From: a virus
Taxonomy: Duplodnaviria > Caudoviricetes
Length of the DNA: 64,000 bases
Virus record (IMG/VR): IMGVR_UViG_3300049899_000550
Coordinates: 701-64,700 of that record
Strand: one strand, 5' to 3'
Shown here: one piece after another, positions 46,179-58,067 of the stretch
Numbering within the stretch: position 1 is the first letter of the stretch
How the letters are laid out: every line of letters starts with the position of its first letter
Made by a program: the position numbers and the translations under genes
Notes under the pieces: model-generated
What the model was told of the DNA's origin: nothing
What the model saw: only the letters and a program-made list of their open reading frames with translations
Database searches by the model: none

Positions 46179-47108
46179 TTATACGTTAGTTTTGATTACT
46201 GCGAACCTTAGAACGATAGCCTCGTCTAAAGCACCACCGGTAACATTTCTAATAAAAATGGTTGCGGATCCTGCTGCGGCTGTTGCTGTTACAGTATATG
46301 AACCAAGTGTTCCACCTGAATCATGACTGACCATAACTAGGTCTCTTAATGCAATTTTGTCGTTAGTTAATGTAAAACTTACTGTTGTATCTGCTGCTAG
46401 TGTAACACCTGCATCAGTTGTAATATCACCAGCTGCTGTATTTAATACGACAGTAGTGGTTTTATCAGTTAACTGAGTAACTGTACCAGTTGCGCCTGCC
46501 GAGAAACCGATTTCGCTTGTAGCTGCGGCATTATAATTATTTAATACATCTTCAACTGTAATTGTAGTACCGTTGTCGTATGTAGTAAATTCTAATACCT
46601 GCCACCCTGTGTTAACAAAAGTTACAATAAGACCAGTTACATCTACGCCTTGTAACCTGTCATTACCTATTGATACTGCAGATGGTAATGTCAATGTATG
46701 TGAAACATCAGCGATATTAACTGCCAAACGCAATTTTGTATGAAAACCCGATGTTGGCCAGCTGCTAAATGTTAACGATATAGCACCAGTTGTAATTAAG
46801 TGCTGAAATTGTGCATCAGCCCAACTTACCGCAACCGCGCCACTTATTGATCCAAGATTATTAAGTGTTTCTGTTGTGCCAAGTAACTGTACATTTAGTA
46901 ATTGTGAATTTGCTAAATCGTTACTTAATTCAGTACCAGCTAGTGCTGATTTTAATAGTACCTTAGATTGTAAATCGTCCATTTCGCTTTGTGCGAAAGT
47001 GAAGTTATTTTTAATGTTCGTAAAATTATCACGAAACCCTTGGCTATCATTATCCTGTCTCGCAATAGGATATGTTCCGTCTATATTATTAGGGTTAATT
47101 GATGACAT
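46179..47108 (-). CDS. Virion structural protein (baseplate/tail)
   Basis: YPIARQDNDSQGFRDNF N-terminus; Thr/Ala-rich beta content; TATAAATA at 47136-47143. Confidence 0.65.
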   Translation of the reverse strand: MSSINPNNIDGTYPIARQDNDSQGFRDNFTNIKNNFTFAQSEMDDLQSKVLLKSALAGTELSNDLANSQLLNVQLLGTTETLNNLGSISGAVAVSWADAQFQHLITTGAISLTFSSWPTSGFHTKLRLAVNIADVSHTLTLPSAVSIGNDRLQGVDVTGLIVTFVNTGWQVLEFTTYDNGTTITVEDVLNNYNAAATSEIGFSAGATGTVTQLTDKTTTVVLNTAAGDITTDAGVTLAADTTVSFTLTNDKIALRDLVMVSHDSGGTLGSYTVTATAAAGSATIFIRNVTGGALDEAIVLRFAVIKTNV

Positions 47109-47171
47109 GTTTATATTTCCTTAATTAGTTTAATGTATTTATATAATGTATTTATCAGATGAAGACGGCCG

Positions 47172-50100
47172 TTAGTTAAATACCGTAGTTTTAGTGTACT
47201 TGATATACTTGTCACCTATGCCCGGATCTTCATACTTATCTCTGTTATTGTAGAATTTAGTACCATTCATATCAAACGTAGTAGCGTCTACGTTGATACT
47301 TTGCGGTATTATGCTATAATTTGGTATCGTTAGCCCGTCTTTTAGTATAGGATCGTAATAAATGTCGGAGCGTCCGTATGTACTACCATTTCTAACAAAT
47401 AATACATTTAAATATTCAACTTCTTGTATAGAAGTTAATGAAATAATTTTATCGTCGTCCATTGATAATTGCCATACACTAATTCTTTCGTCGCGCACCG
47501 CTGAATTTACATCGTGTTCTACGAAACCAGATACTATAGTTGCAGCATCCCATCCTAAGTCATCTAGGTCACTAATAGTTGTAAGTGACGTAATTGATGC
47601 ATTTGTGTCTGTTCCGTTAATAGTAGCATTTGCTGGTGGTAATGGGTTGCCAACAATAAATAGGTTTTCATCAAAATAATCTGCTGTCACATTTGTATTT
47701 ACTACTACATCTGTTGGGTAGGTAGCAACAGGCGTGCCGTTGATGGAAATATTACCGGATCCTAAATCAAATGTACCAGAAACAAAATCTACCGCTGCCG
47801 CTGTGCCTAATGCCACTTGAATTTGTACATTGGCGTTAGCACCTGAGCTGACCTGTGTAATAAAATCACCTACGTTGGCACTAATTAAATTGCCCCCGAA
47901 TGTAAGATTACCTGATGAAACAGATACGTTATTAAGCAATACATTCGTAATTACATTAGCATTGGCGCTGCTAAGTGTTTGTGTAATATTATCGCCTACG
48001 TTAGCAGTAATAAAGGTTTTACCTGTTAGTGTCATTACAACAGAGTTAGTTACTGTATTAGCATCATTATCCCATTCTTCGAAATCCCAAAGTGTAATTA
48101 CTTTGTGCCAGCCCTGATTATATTCGCCGATGTCATCTTGTCCTGTGAAAAATTCTTGTTGTGCAAATACTAATGTATCACCATCACGTATATCTGTTAC
48201 ACCATCTAGTCCGCCTTCGTCTTCTATAACGGCTGCTAATGTGCGTTTATTAATATCACTAAACGCCGAAGATACCGCATAATCTACAGCACCTATATCA
48301 ACAAATGGAGCGCCTGTTGCTGGATATCTGTCAAATGTAACTTCGTGACTTTTTACAAATTCACCTAAGGCAATATCAAAGTTTTCACTAAGTCTGTTAT
48401 CTAAACGATAACGGTCGACACTAAAATCAATTTCATTAAAATTAAAATCTAATTCTTTTAAACGAAATGCAACAGTTTCGGAACCTTCTGGTAATGTGTA
48501 TGCTAATACCGCGCCGCGTGTAAATCCTAATACCCTTCCATCTGCTTGGGTACTAGTCATCCAATCTGGTAATGCACCTTTATTTTCATATCCGATCTGA
48601 TCTATCATTCTGTCATTCATGTTTGTAATGGCGTTAGGATATGCTATAGTATATTGATTTCCGTCTGCGGCCGTGTGTGGTATTATTGCGTTAGTGCGAT
48701 CAATGACATCTATCGGACCTTCCCCATCACTGTTTGTGTTTTCATCGGACACTTCTATATAAACCACTTCGTATTTAATATTAAAATCTTCGTCACGTGC
48801 CACCGCAGTTTTAATTTCACCGAATAACATACGTTTAGTGTAATGATTAATGTTAGCGGCAGTTACATAAGATGCCGCAGTTGCTGGGCTTAGTCCTGGA
48901 AGAAATAATGTGTTAATATTATTTGCTAGACCAAAATAAGGATCGTTTGCACGATAAATTAATTCCGGAGAAAATACACGACTGTTAGTCATCAAGCTTA
49001 AGAATTCAAGTCTATACGATTCTTTAAGTAATGCTGACAAATATAAATTTTCGTATGGTATTGCGTTACGTGTTATCACTCTAATAGTGAATGTACGTTC
49101 GTTACTAACAGAACCTGATATGTCGTGTGCGGTCACTGTAAAACGATACACTTGGTCAAATGTAGTTTCATCTAATCCAAAATCTTCAGCATCAAATGTA
49201 GTGTCACCTTGGTCTGTGTTGTAAGCTAAGAAGCTAACACGACCAACTAATAATCCATCTAGCGATAACCGTAATCCTTGTGGCATAATTTGCATGCCGC
49301 CATCTGTTGTTGGACTATAATATACAGCGCCGCCTACAGATGATTCTGCTACTAGACTCAAATCACTTATGTCACCGTTTTGAATAGTTCCTAAGTCTGC
49401 GTCAGTTACCCATTCGATGTTATTAACAACATCACCTAATACAGTTAATGCATATAATTGTGTTGTCTGATATGTCGGGTAATCTTCTTTAAATACCACA
49501 ACCTCAAAATTGTAAGTAATTTCACTTACATTTTGTGTAGGCAATTGTCCTGTTAACCAGCCCGATCTTAAATCTATTGTAATTGCAGATTCTTGTAAAA
49601 AGATAACTGCATCGCCGTCTGTTGGAAAAGCATCCGGAGCCGATGATAATGTTATTGTAGTTGCATCGTCTACCGACACTACAGTTTTACCACCGCCTAA
49701 GTTAAGGTCCATTGATACAAGCTGGCCTACTTCTGCGCCTGCTGTACTTGTGACTTTAAATGTTGTTCCGGCAGAACCAACCGCTACGTAGGTAGTACGT
49801 CCTGTAACAGCACCACCCGGAGCAAGTAATAATTCCTGATTAAATTTAGTTTCATCAAATCCAAACTGGCCCTCTGTTGATTCTGAACCAAGTGTTACTC
49901 CTAAGGCTGTTACAGAAGATATTAAAGAATTAGAATCTGTTCCGCCAATGTTAGCATTTGCGGTGCTTTGCAGACTCGTTCCGAATAAAAATAAAGCCGA
50001 ACTATTATATTGAGCTGTAACTTCTGTACTTGTTGTTAATCCTGTTGGGTACGTATCAATAGGGGAACCATTAATAGCAATGTTACCTGAACCTATATCA

Positions 50101-51479
50101 AAATCGCTTGTGATATAATTAGTTGTTGCAGACATCGTTGCATAAGAATTTGCAATAACTTGTGCGTTGGCACCCGAGCTTACTTGAGTAATAAAATCAC
50201 CAGTTTCAACATTTAATAGGTTTCCTGTAAAACCTATTGTAGCGATAGTTGGACCTGCGGTGGCAAGTACAGTTGCATTACCAGTGCTTATTGTTTGTGT
50301 GATAATTTGTCCTGCGTTCGCAAGAAGAATAGTAGTACCAGTAATATCCATTTTAAAATTGGTATTAATAGTCGCATCATACCAAAGCCCATCACCCTGC
50401 AATACTAAAACAGAATCGCCTTCAATATAATTTGGTACAGAGGTTGAGATAGAGGTACTTGTAATATTGTTTGCACCGATAGTCGTAACAACTTTTGGAT
50501 AAACACCTTCTGTTATATATGAGCCAGAAGGTTCTTCTGTGACATACGGTGTACTATCACCCACAATACTTTGCTCATCAAACCCACCTGTTAATGCTAC
50601 TGGTGGAGAATATAATTGATAATTTAATACGTCAAAATCAAAATCAAGTCCGTTGATGTCAAACGAGAAAAATGTATCTTGTCTTGAGATGGGTAACCCA
50701 TCTGCTGAGGTTAATATAACTGGATCATGTTTTACACCTGTGTCTACCGTTAGACCCATGCTTAATTCAATTGTGTTTGCGTCTGCTGTTATTCCTGTTG
50801 AGTCTGCACGTAATTGACTACGAGGAAATACTCGTATTTTATAAGTAGACAAATCATAATATAAACCGTCAAAAACTTCTACGGTAAATTCAAAGTTTTT
50901 ACTAATGACACCAGGAAAGAAATCCCAACCAAAGAATGCCCACGGTGTTTCTTCCCAACCATCTTGTCCATCGGGTCCAGAACTTAATATTAATTCTAAG
51001 TAACCAATTAATTGTCCTGATGCTGATAAAGTTAATCCGGGAGGCATTTGCCCACTTTTAACACGCCATACTAAATCAGCATCGGTATCAAAGTTAACCG
51101 CTATTAATTGTTCGTCGACAATAGTACCAACAAAAAAGAGACCCAAGTCTACATTTCTTGGAGTAATTACCGGCGGCGAAACGTTAGTAATTGTTAGAGC
51201 AAATGTTCTGTCTGTTACTCCGAGTGTAGCGACATTTTTAACTCTTATTGTGAAGCGGCTTTCTGCTGTACTGCCTTGCCCTGCTTGCGCTATAGGGACA
51301 CCTTGTAATACACCAGTTGTTTTTATTAAACGTATACCTTGTGGCAAAGCACCAGAAGTTACACTATATTCTAAATCGCCACCCTCGAGGTCACTGGCCA
51401 CTAATTGTAGAGAATAGAAATCTAACTCGGGAATAATTCCTAGCTGCCCAGGTAGAGTACTCCAACGTGGTCCGCTCAT
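47172..51479 (-). CDS. Large baseplate wedge/tail protein with Ig-like (He_PIG-like) repeats
   Basis: 1435 aa; repeated GALPQGIRL / GQMPPGLTL...FTI/FTV modules; an internally duplicated beta-rich insert. Confidence 0.7.
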   Translation of the reverse strand: MSGPRWSTLPGQLGIIPELDFYSLQLVASDLEGGDLEYSVTSGALPQGIRLIKTTGVLQGVPIAQAGQGSTAESRFTIRVKNVATLGVTDRTFALTITNVSPPVITPRNVDLGLFFVGTIVDEQLIAVNFDTDADLVWRVKSGQMPPGLTLSASGQLIGYLELILSSGPDGQDGWEETPWAFFGWDFFPGVISKNFEFTVEVFDGLYYDLSTYKIRVFPRSQLRADSTGITADANTIELSMGLTVDTGVKHDPVILTSADGLPISRQDTFFSFDINGLDFDFDVLNYQLYSPPVALTGGFDEQSIVGDSTPYVTEEPSGSYITEGVYPKVVTTIGANNITSTSISTSVPNYIEGDSVLVLQGDGLWYDATINTNFKMDITGTTILLANAGQIITQTISTGNATVLATAGPTIATIGFTGNLLNVETGDFITQVSSGANAQVIANSYATMSATTNYITSDFDIGSGNIAINGSPIDTYPTGLTTSTEVTAQYNSSALFLFGTSLQSTANANIGGTDSNSLISSVTALGVTLGSESTEGQFGFDETKFNQELLLAPGGAVTGRTTYVAVGSAGTTFKVTSTAGAEVGQLVSMDLNLGGGKTVVSVDDATTITLSSAPDAFPTDGDAVIFLQESAITIDLRSGWLTGQLPTQNVSEITYNFEVVVFKEDYPTYQTTQLYALTVLGDVVNNIEWVTDADLGTIQNGDISDLSLVAESSVGGAVYYSPTTDGGMQIMPQGLRLSLDGLLVGRVSFLAYNTDQGDTTFDAEDFGLDETTFDQVYRFTVTAHDISGSVSNERTFTIRVITRNAIPYENLYLSALLKESYRLEFLSLMTNSRVFSPELIYRANDPYFGLANNINTLFLPGLSPATAASYVTAANINHYTKRMLFGEIKTAVARDEDFNIKYEVVYIEVSDENTNSDGEGPIDVIDRTNAIIPHTAADGNQYTIAYPNAITNMNDRMIDQIGYENKGALPDWMTSTQADGRVLGFTRGAVLAYTLPEGSETVAFRLKELDFNFNEIDFSVDRYRLDNRLSENFDIALGEFVKSHEVTFDRYPATGAPFVDIGAVDYAVSSAFSDINKRTLAAVIEDEGGLDGVTDIRDGDTLVFAQQEFFTGQDDIGEYNQGWHKVITLWDFEEWDNDANTVTNSVVMTLTGKTFITANVGDNITQTLSSANANVITNVLLNNVSVSSGNLTFGGNLISANVGDFITQVSSGANANVQIQVALGTAAAVDFVSGTFDLGSGNISINGTPVATYPTDVVVNTNVTADYFDENLFIVGNPLPPANATINGTDTNASITSLTTISDLDDLGWDAATIVSGFVEHDVNSAVRDERISVWQLSMDDDKIISLTSIQEVEYLNVLFVRNGSTYGRSDIYYDPILKDGLTIPNYSIIPQSINVDATTFDMNGTKFYNNRDKYEDPGIGDKYIKYTKTTVFN

Positions 51480-51482
51480 ATG

Positions 51483-51839
51483 TTAAACCGCTATAGCGAT
51501 GCCTAGTGCAGAAACGTACCAGACGTTAGCCACACTCACCGCCAAAGTTGGAGAACCTGCGTCACCGTCCGATACATATATAACTGAACCATCCGGAGAT
51601 GCGTTTGCTGTTGGTGCTGTTGCTACTGTATAAATTGGCAAAGATAATACACCGTTGTTGCTGTTTTGCATTTCGATGCCGTTATTGACATTAAGATTGC
51701 CAATATTCATACCATCTGTTAAAATATTGCCGAAGTTATCGTTTACAGCAATGAATGAATCTCGTAAAGGATCACCGGTACCATCATTTTCAGTAGTACC
51801 TACGCCTATTACATTAAATTGTGAAGTTGAAACTGTCAT
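51483..51839 (-). CDS. Baseplate protein with a T4 gp9/gp10-like N-terminal motif
   Basis: IGVGTTENDGTGDPLRDSF. Confidence 0.7.
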   Translation of the reverse strand: MTVSTSQFNVIGVGTTENDGTGDPLRDSFIAVNDNFGNILTDGMNIGNLNVNNGIEMQNSNNGVLSLPIYTVATAPTANASPDGSVIYVSDGDAGSPTLAVSVANVWYVSALGIAIAV

Positions 51840-51868
51840 AATAAATAATACCTTTTGTATTGTATTAT

Positions 51869-52786
51869 TTATCTAGATCTGAATAGTACCTTTAGTGTAT
51901 GCTCGACTATTATATCGGGATCATCTAAATGTATGCTGTGGCCGCTATTTTTAGATATTGTTTGCCAGGACCGGCTACTAATATTGGTTAAATCTTTCTG
52001 CATTTCTTGCCAAACAAGCGACATATCCTGTGGTTTACTATTTGACGTGTATGTTACTATCACAATAGGTAATTGTTTCTTACCACGCGAAATAACCGCT
52101 ACTGGAATTTTCAGCTGCTCTTTTTTTGTTAGATTAACTTCTTCGGCACTTCTTGCAAATGTCTGTAATTCCCTTATTTGTGTACGAGCTGATTTTCTTA
52201 AGTGATTAAGCCAGTCCCAGTATTCTTGTTCTTTAGACATCTCTCTAGGCTCGTTGTCATTTATTAATTGCCCTTGTGTAACACTTTTATCATCTAATAA
52301 TGCTAATTTATCTATTTGATCTGGATGTGAAGAATCAACTAACACTAATCCTGCTACTTGATGCGGAAATGCTTGTGCATAATATTGTGCGACATAACCA
52401 CCGAAACTATGTCCGACCATTATAATAGGCAATTCAATCTCTTGCTTATATAGTAGTTCTTGCAATTCGTGTACAATAGTTGATGGAGTTCGTTGATAAG
52501 GACTTGGACTACTAAGACCGTATCCGGCCCTGTCGTATACACATACCTGCGTATATTTTGATAATTCTTTTTGTATTGGTAACCAGTTCGCAGAAACATC
52601 AGCTATTCCTGCTTCTATTATTATAGCTGGAGTGCCTGTTCCTTCGCAGTGAATGTAAACGCGATACAATCTTTGTATTGTTTGATGATTGCCTGATGGT
52701 TCAATGAAATTTAAGCCCACAGCATTTACGTTGATTGCTATGGTCAGGAGTAAAAATAATGTATTGATCGCTCGAAAAACACTCAT
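51869..52786 (-). CDS. Exported alpha/beta hydrolase
   Basis: Signal peptide; YDRAGYG, GHSFGG nucleophile elbow, SGHSIH. Confidence 0.88.
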   Translation of the reverse strand: MSVFRAINTLFLLLTIAINVNAVGLNFIEPSGNHQTIQRLYRVYIHCEGTGTPAIIIEAGIADVSANWLPIQKELSKYTQVCVYDRAGYGLSSPSPYQRTPSTIVHELQELLYKQEIELPIIMVGHSFGGYVAQYYAQAFPHQVAGLVLVDSSHPDQIDKLALLDDKSVTQGQLINDNEPREMSKEQEYWDWLNHLRKSARTQIRELQTFARSAEEVNLTKKEQLKIPVAVISRGKKQLPIVIVTYTSNSKPQDMSLVWQEMQKDLTNISSRSWQTISKNSGHSIHLDDPDIIVEHTLKVLFRSR

Positions 52787-52815
52787 AGTTAAAATTATTT
52801 ATCCTAACCGCGTGT

Positions 52816-53031
52816 TTATCTTCTATAAACTATACGTCCTTTGGTTAAATCGTACGGTGACATCTCTACATCAACGTTATCACCTAGTATGATTTTAATA
52901 TTAAACTTTCTCAGCTTTCCACCAGGATAAGCATTTATCTTGTGTCCGCTTTCTAGTTCTACTTTAAATAATGAATTACCCATTACTTCGACTACTTTAC
53001 CAGAGAATTCTAATGCATCTTCTTTAGCCAT
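52816..53031 (-). CDS. infA: Translation initiation factor IF-1
   Basis: MAKEDALEF...[14 protein letters not shown]...[13 protein letters not shown]. Confidence 0.95.
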   Translation of the reverse strand: MAKEDALEFSGKVVEVMGNSLFKVELESGHKINAYPGGKLRKFNIKIILGDNVDVEMSPYDLTKGRIVYRR

Positions 53032-53398
53032 TTGTTCTTGTGTCTGCCTCTTCCGGTGGTCTATCTAGAATCATTGTTATATTAGGATAGCGATCTTCAG
53101 CCGCCTCCCACAAATCGTTATATGTATTGCCTTGTGCAATAAACGCCGAATTAGATAATTCGTACATCATGTATTTTCCTTCGTTGTTTTCTACTGTTAC
53201 AACCTTAATTGGCTGCATCGGAAGATTTGGCAAGCCGGACTCATCAACTGGTTTGAACCTAGCAATTTCTTTTTCCTCTGCGTCCAGTTCTTCGTTAAAT
53301 TTCTTAAGTCCACCGCTAAATGCCATTACTACAAATACCACACATAGCAGTTCAAAGATTTCCCATGCAATACCTAATATGATTAATAATTGTTCCAT
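53024..53398 (-). CDS. Membrane-anchored hypothetical protein
   Basis: N-terminal TM helix. Confidence 0.65.
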   Translation of the reverse strand: MEQLLIILGIAWEIFELLCVVFVVMAFSGGLKKFNEELDAEEKEIARFKPVDESGLPNLPMQPIKVVTVENNEGKYMMYELSNSAFIAQGNTYNDLWEAAEDRYPNITMILDRPPEEADTRTNG

Positions 53399-53427
53399 CT
53401 GTGTATTTAACCTCTTTGTCTCGCTTC

Positions 53428-53589
53428 TTAACGAATACGAGATTCCAATGTGGCAATCTCTTCCTGCATCTTAGCTTTCGCTTCGGGGAATTTTTGTGCT
53501 TTTTCTCCCTTAACGTTGCGCTTTAGAGAAACTAATGCATTTTCTCTGCGTTGGTTAATACGTCCTGCTGAATTGTTGCGATGTCCCAT
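53428..53589 (-). CDS. Small basic protein (53 aa)
   Basis: My translation MGHRNNSAGRINQRRENAL...LESRIR*; SD AGGAG. Confidence 0.6.
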   Translation of the reverse strand: MGHRNNSAGRINQRRENALVSLKRNVKGEKAQKFPEAKAKMQEEIATLESRIR

Positions 53590-53592
53590 ATT

Positions 53593-53775
53593 CTACTCCT
53601 GTTTTGTTATAAAATTGTATTCTGGATGTTCTTTCATGTGTTGTAATAATATTTTTCTTACTTGTTTTTTTGACCCAAACGCATTGGCTAAAATGGTCTT
53701 AGGAAGATTGTTTTTTAATATCCCTAATAAATTATTTTGGTTATCTTTTAGTGTACCTAATATTCTTACGTTCAT
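53593..53775 (-). CDS. Hypothetical protein
   Basis: ATGA coupling. Confidence 0.55.
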   Translation of the reverse strand: MNVRILGTLKDNQNNLLGILKNNLPKTILANAFGSKKQVRKILLQHMKEHPEYNFITKQE

Positions 53776-54263
53776 GCAGTTAATCCTTCGCTATCGTTAA
53801 CGAAATGTAAGAATGATTCCCCTAAGTACAGATTGTAATTAAAGTCTACTTCATCTGCCGCGTCTGTTAATTGCGACAATGGAATGTTATTCTCTGCATA
53901 TCCTTCTGCAAGTGTTATAAAATAACCAGTTGTGGGTTTTTCTGCTTTGTATAATTCTGGATTCATTATGTAAACCATTGCAGGTGCATATTCATTGTGC
54001 TGTCTAATTACAACACTGAGTTTACTGTAATATTTTGGATAGCCTTCTAGCATATCTAGCGACTGTTCACATGCTTCTGTTATCTTCCATATGGTTCCTT
54101 CTGTTACATCCGGATTCGATCTTTTAATTGTAGCATGGTTAGCAAATTCAAATTTATAGCCCTCTAAACGTGCGGTGCCCATTAATACTGCATTCGGGCA
54201 CCTGGCATGCATCTCATTTGTATTGGTGTTACAACCATAAGCAAAGTAATATTTCGTCTTCAT
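53772..54263 (-). CDS. Gamma-glutamylcyclotransferase (AIG2-like)
   Basis: YFAYGCN, LDMLEGYP. TAGACC-17 nt-TATAAT lies 5 nt before the ATG. Confidence 0.85.
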   Translation of the reverse strand: MKTKYYFAYGCNTNTNEMHARCPNAVLMGTARLEGYKFEFANHATIKRSNPDVTEGTIWKITEACEQSLDMLEGYPKYYSKLSVVIRQHNEYAPAMVYIMNPELYKAEKPTTGYFITLAEGYAENNIPLSQLTDAADEVDFNYNLYLGESFLHFVNDSEGLTA

Positions 54264-54386
54264 ACTGTATTATAGCATACAATTTACTTGAGGTCTACCA
54301 AAAAAAGGTATTAATTGCAAAACCATATCTCTGGACACGGTTTTCAAAAACCTTGTCATGGTTTTAAGATAAGTATAAATAGAAGT

Positions 54387-54809
54387 ATGAAAGCATTAAT
54401 AACTAAAATTACACGCCCATCTACAGATAATGAATGGCCCCATATTATATTTCCCCGATATACACACGAAGGGCTACAGGGAGTTTCTGCTCTCGCTGAT
54501 GTAAGGTTTTATCTCGCATTATTAGAAGATGATCCGACACTTAACGATTATAACTTTATAGGTAATATTGTTTCAGATTGCCTAACATATTATCATATCG
54601 TATTATTTATAAATGAAGAAGAATTTAGTGCAAACAGAGATGAGGTATATCAACATATGCCGTTATGGAATAATACCGAGAGTAAGGATTATGAAGAAGC
54701 TAATAACCTAATTGTTGAAATGTACGAAGAAGAATTTGATATAAGCAAATATTTCTTAGCTGCTGTGAGACCATTGCCGGGTCCTGGCAACTTTGTAACA
54801 ATATCTTAG
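54387..54809 (+). CDS. Hypothetical protein
   Basis: TATAAATA (54374-54381) 5 nt before ATG 54387. Confidence 0.65.
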   Translation: MKALITKITRPSTDNEWPHIIFPRYTHEGLQGVSALADVRFYLALLEDDPTLNDYNFIGNIVSDCLTYYHIVLFINEEEFSANRDEVYQHMPLWNNTESKDYEEANNLIVEMYEEEFDISKYFLAAVRPLPGPGNFVTIS

Positions 54810-54812
54810 TAT

Positions 54813-54917
54813 AAGTCTACCAACCACAACTTCAATAACGCCATCAGCTAAGTAATCTTTATCTTCTAATGCTTTACCAATAATACTTCCTGCGCGTGGA
54901 TCAAGGTATTTGTCATA
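54813..54917 (-). pseudogene. Start-less remnant resembling the C-terminus of a tail/structural protein
   Basis: Frame YDKYLDPRAGSIIGKALEDKDYLADGVIEVVVGRL preceded by an in-frame TAG. Confidence 0.45.
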
Positions 54918-54930
54918 CTATTATTTATTC

Positions 54931-54958
54931 AAAAAAATAGCTACCGAAGTAGCTATTT
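54931..54958 (-). terminator. Intrinsic terminator after groEL
   Basis: AAATAGCTAC-TTCG-GTAGCTATTT followed by a T-run. Confidence 0.9.
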
Positions 54959-54979
54959 AATCGACAGCGATGCAAATAT

Positions 54980-56924
<1,945 letters not shown>

Positions 56925-57001
56925 GTATATCTCCTTTCAATAAACTATTATACATTATTCCCTTACAACTATGCAAACAAAACTTTCATACAATTCAACC
57001 A

Positions 57002-57032
57002 AAAACAGCGGACGCAAAACGCCCGCTGTTTT
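57002..57032 (-). terminator. Intrinsic terminator
   Basis: AAAACAGCGGGCG-TTTTG-CGTCCGCTGTTTTT. Confidence 0.85.
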
Positions 57033-57055
57033 ATATAACAACAAAAAATCTGTTA

Positions 57056-57427
57056 TTAAGCTTCAGCAGTATCAGCTTCAGTATCAGCTACTTTTGAACC
57101 AGCTGTTACTTTAGCTTTGATTGAATCTAAGCTAACTTCATCACTGACTTTGCCTGCTAAACGTACACGGCTATCGCCATTATACTTTTCATCAGCAAGT
57201 TGAATTGCTTCTGCAAATGTTGGATCACTTGCAAATTCGGTTGTCTTAAGATACGCTACCGCGTCCGCTTTAGACATTTCAGTATCGAGCTCAATTAGCT
57301 CAATGTTTGTGTGATTACTACGATTTAAAATCTTACAACGTGATGCCAAATCATTAGCAAACCGAACTTTGGTTTTACCATTATCACAAGTTGAAACCCC
57401 AACCACTTTAAATGTTTTGTTACTCAT
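57056..57427 (-). CDS. Hypothetical protein
   Basis: SD GGAG; promoter TTGACA-17 nt-TATAAT upstream; own terminator. Confidence 0.8.
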   Translation of the reverse strand: MSNKTFKVVGVSTCDNGKTKVRFANDLASRCKILNRSNHTNIELIELDTEMSKADAVAYLKTTEFASDPTFAEAIQLADEKYNGDSRVRLAGKVSDEVSLDSIKAKVTAGSKVADTEADTAEA

Positions 57428-57514
57428 TTTTCATTACTCCTGTTATAAACTACATTAAAATATAATTATTACTACCACTTTTGATACAAATTATAGCATA
57501 CCAAATATATGCTG

Positions 57515-57766
57515 TCAACCTTTATCTACAGATTCAAAATGCAAATCTACCAATTGGGTTAACGTTTTATATTCTGGATGAGCTCTATCTGCAAGTACAA
57601 GCTCTTTATTTTCTCTTAACCAAATCCTAATTTTGGTCTCTACTTGTTTCTTTACTTTGTTGTTCTTATAACCATAAGGCTGAAATATATTGCCCTGATA
57701 ATAATACACGCGACTATGCTGTGTATGATTTATTGCTGGTTTGCAAATTGTTATATCTTCGCTCAT
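57515..57766 (-). CDS. Hypothetical protein
   Basis: ORF track. Confidence 0.6.
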   Translation of the reverse strand: MSEDITICKPAINHTQHSRVYYYQGNIFQPYGYKNNKVKKQVETKIRIWLRENKELVLADRAHPEYKTLTQLVDLHFESVDKG

Positions 57767-57767
57767 A

Positions 57768-58019
57768 TTACACCGTATGTCCTTTATATGTCCACTCGCT
57801 TATGTCTATTGTTTTTGATTTTAATACATTCAACATCGCTTGCTTGCACTCTAACTCAACGTCAGTGCCTTTGCTAGCTTTTACACATTCCCAAGTCTTA
57901 TCTGTTCTTAACTTGTAAATTGATTTAGCTCTGTATCCTAACAAAGATGGCAATCCTGCATTAATAGAACGTTGCGTGGTATGCCACCCGTTGTTTACAT
58001 TAATTAGGTACGTGTCCAT
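57768..58019 (-). CDS. Hypothetical protein, paralog family C
   Basis: YLINVNNGWHTT...CVK resembles the adjacent ORF. Confidence 0.6.
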   Translation of the reverse strand: MDTYLINVNNGWHTTQRSINAGLPSLLGYRAKSIYKLRTDKTWECVKASKGTDVELECKQAMLNVLKSKTIDISEWTYKGHTV

Positions 58020-58067
58020 TCTATACCTGCTGTGTGACTACCTAGAGGGGCACCTGAAAATCTGTTT

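Noticed and set aside
53428-53589. Ribosomal protein S21 next to infA
   Set aside because: Small and basic, but it lacks the S21 pattern (V-x-V...ALRRFK...YEKPS).
54813-54917. DGR template repeat for a tail gene
   Set aside because: No reverse transcriptase in the window, no AAC-rich pattern and no matching variable repeat here.
56925-57000. CIRCE or sigma32 heat-shock element before groES
   Set aside because: No TTAGCACTC-N9-GAGTGCTAA and no CCCCAT -10; only a sigma70-like TATAAT.
58020-58067. GC-richer intergenic stretch as a structured RNA
   Set aside because: I could not find a convincing stem of 6 bp or more.
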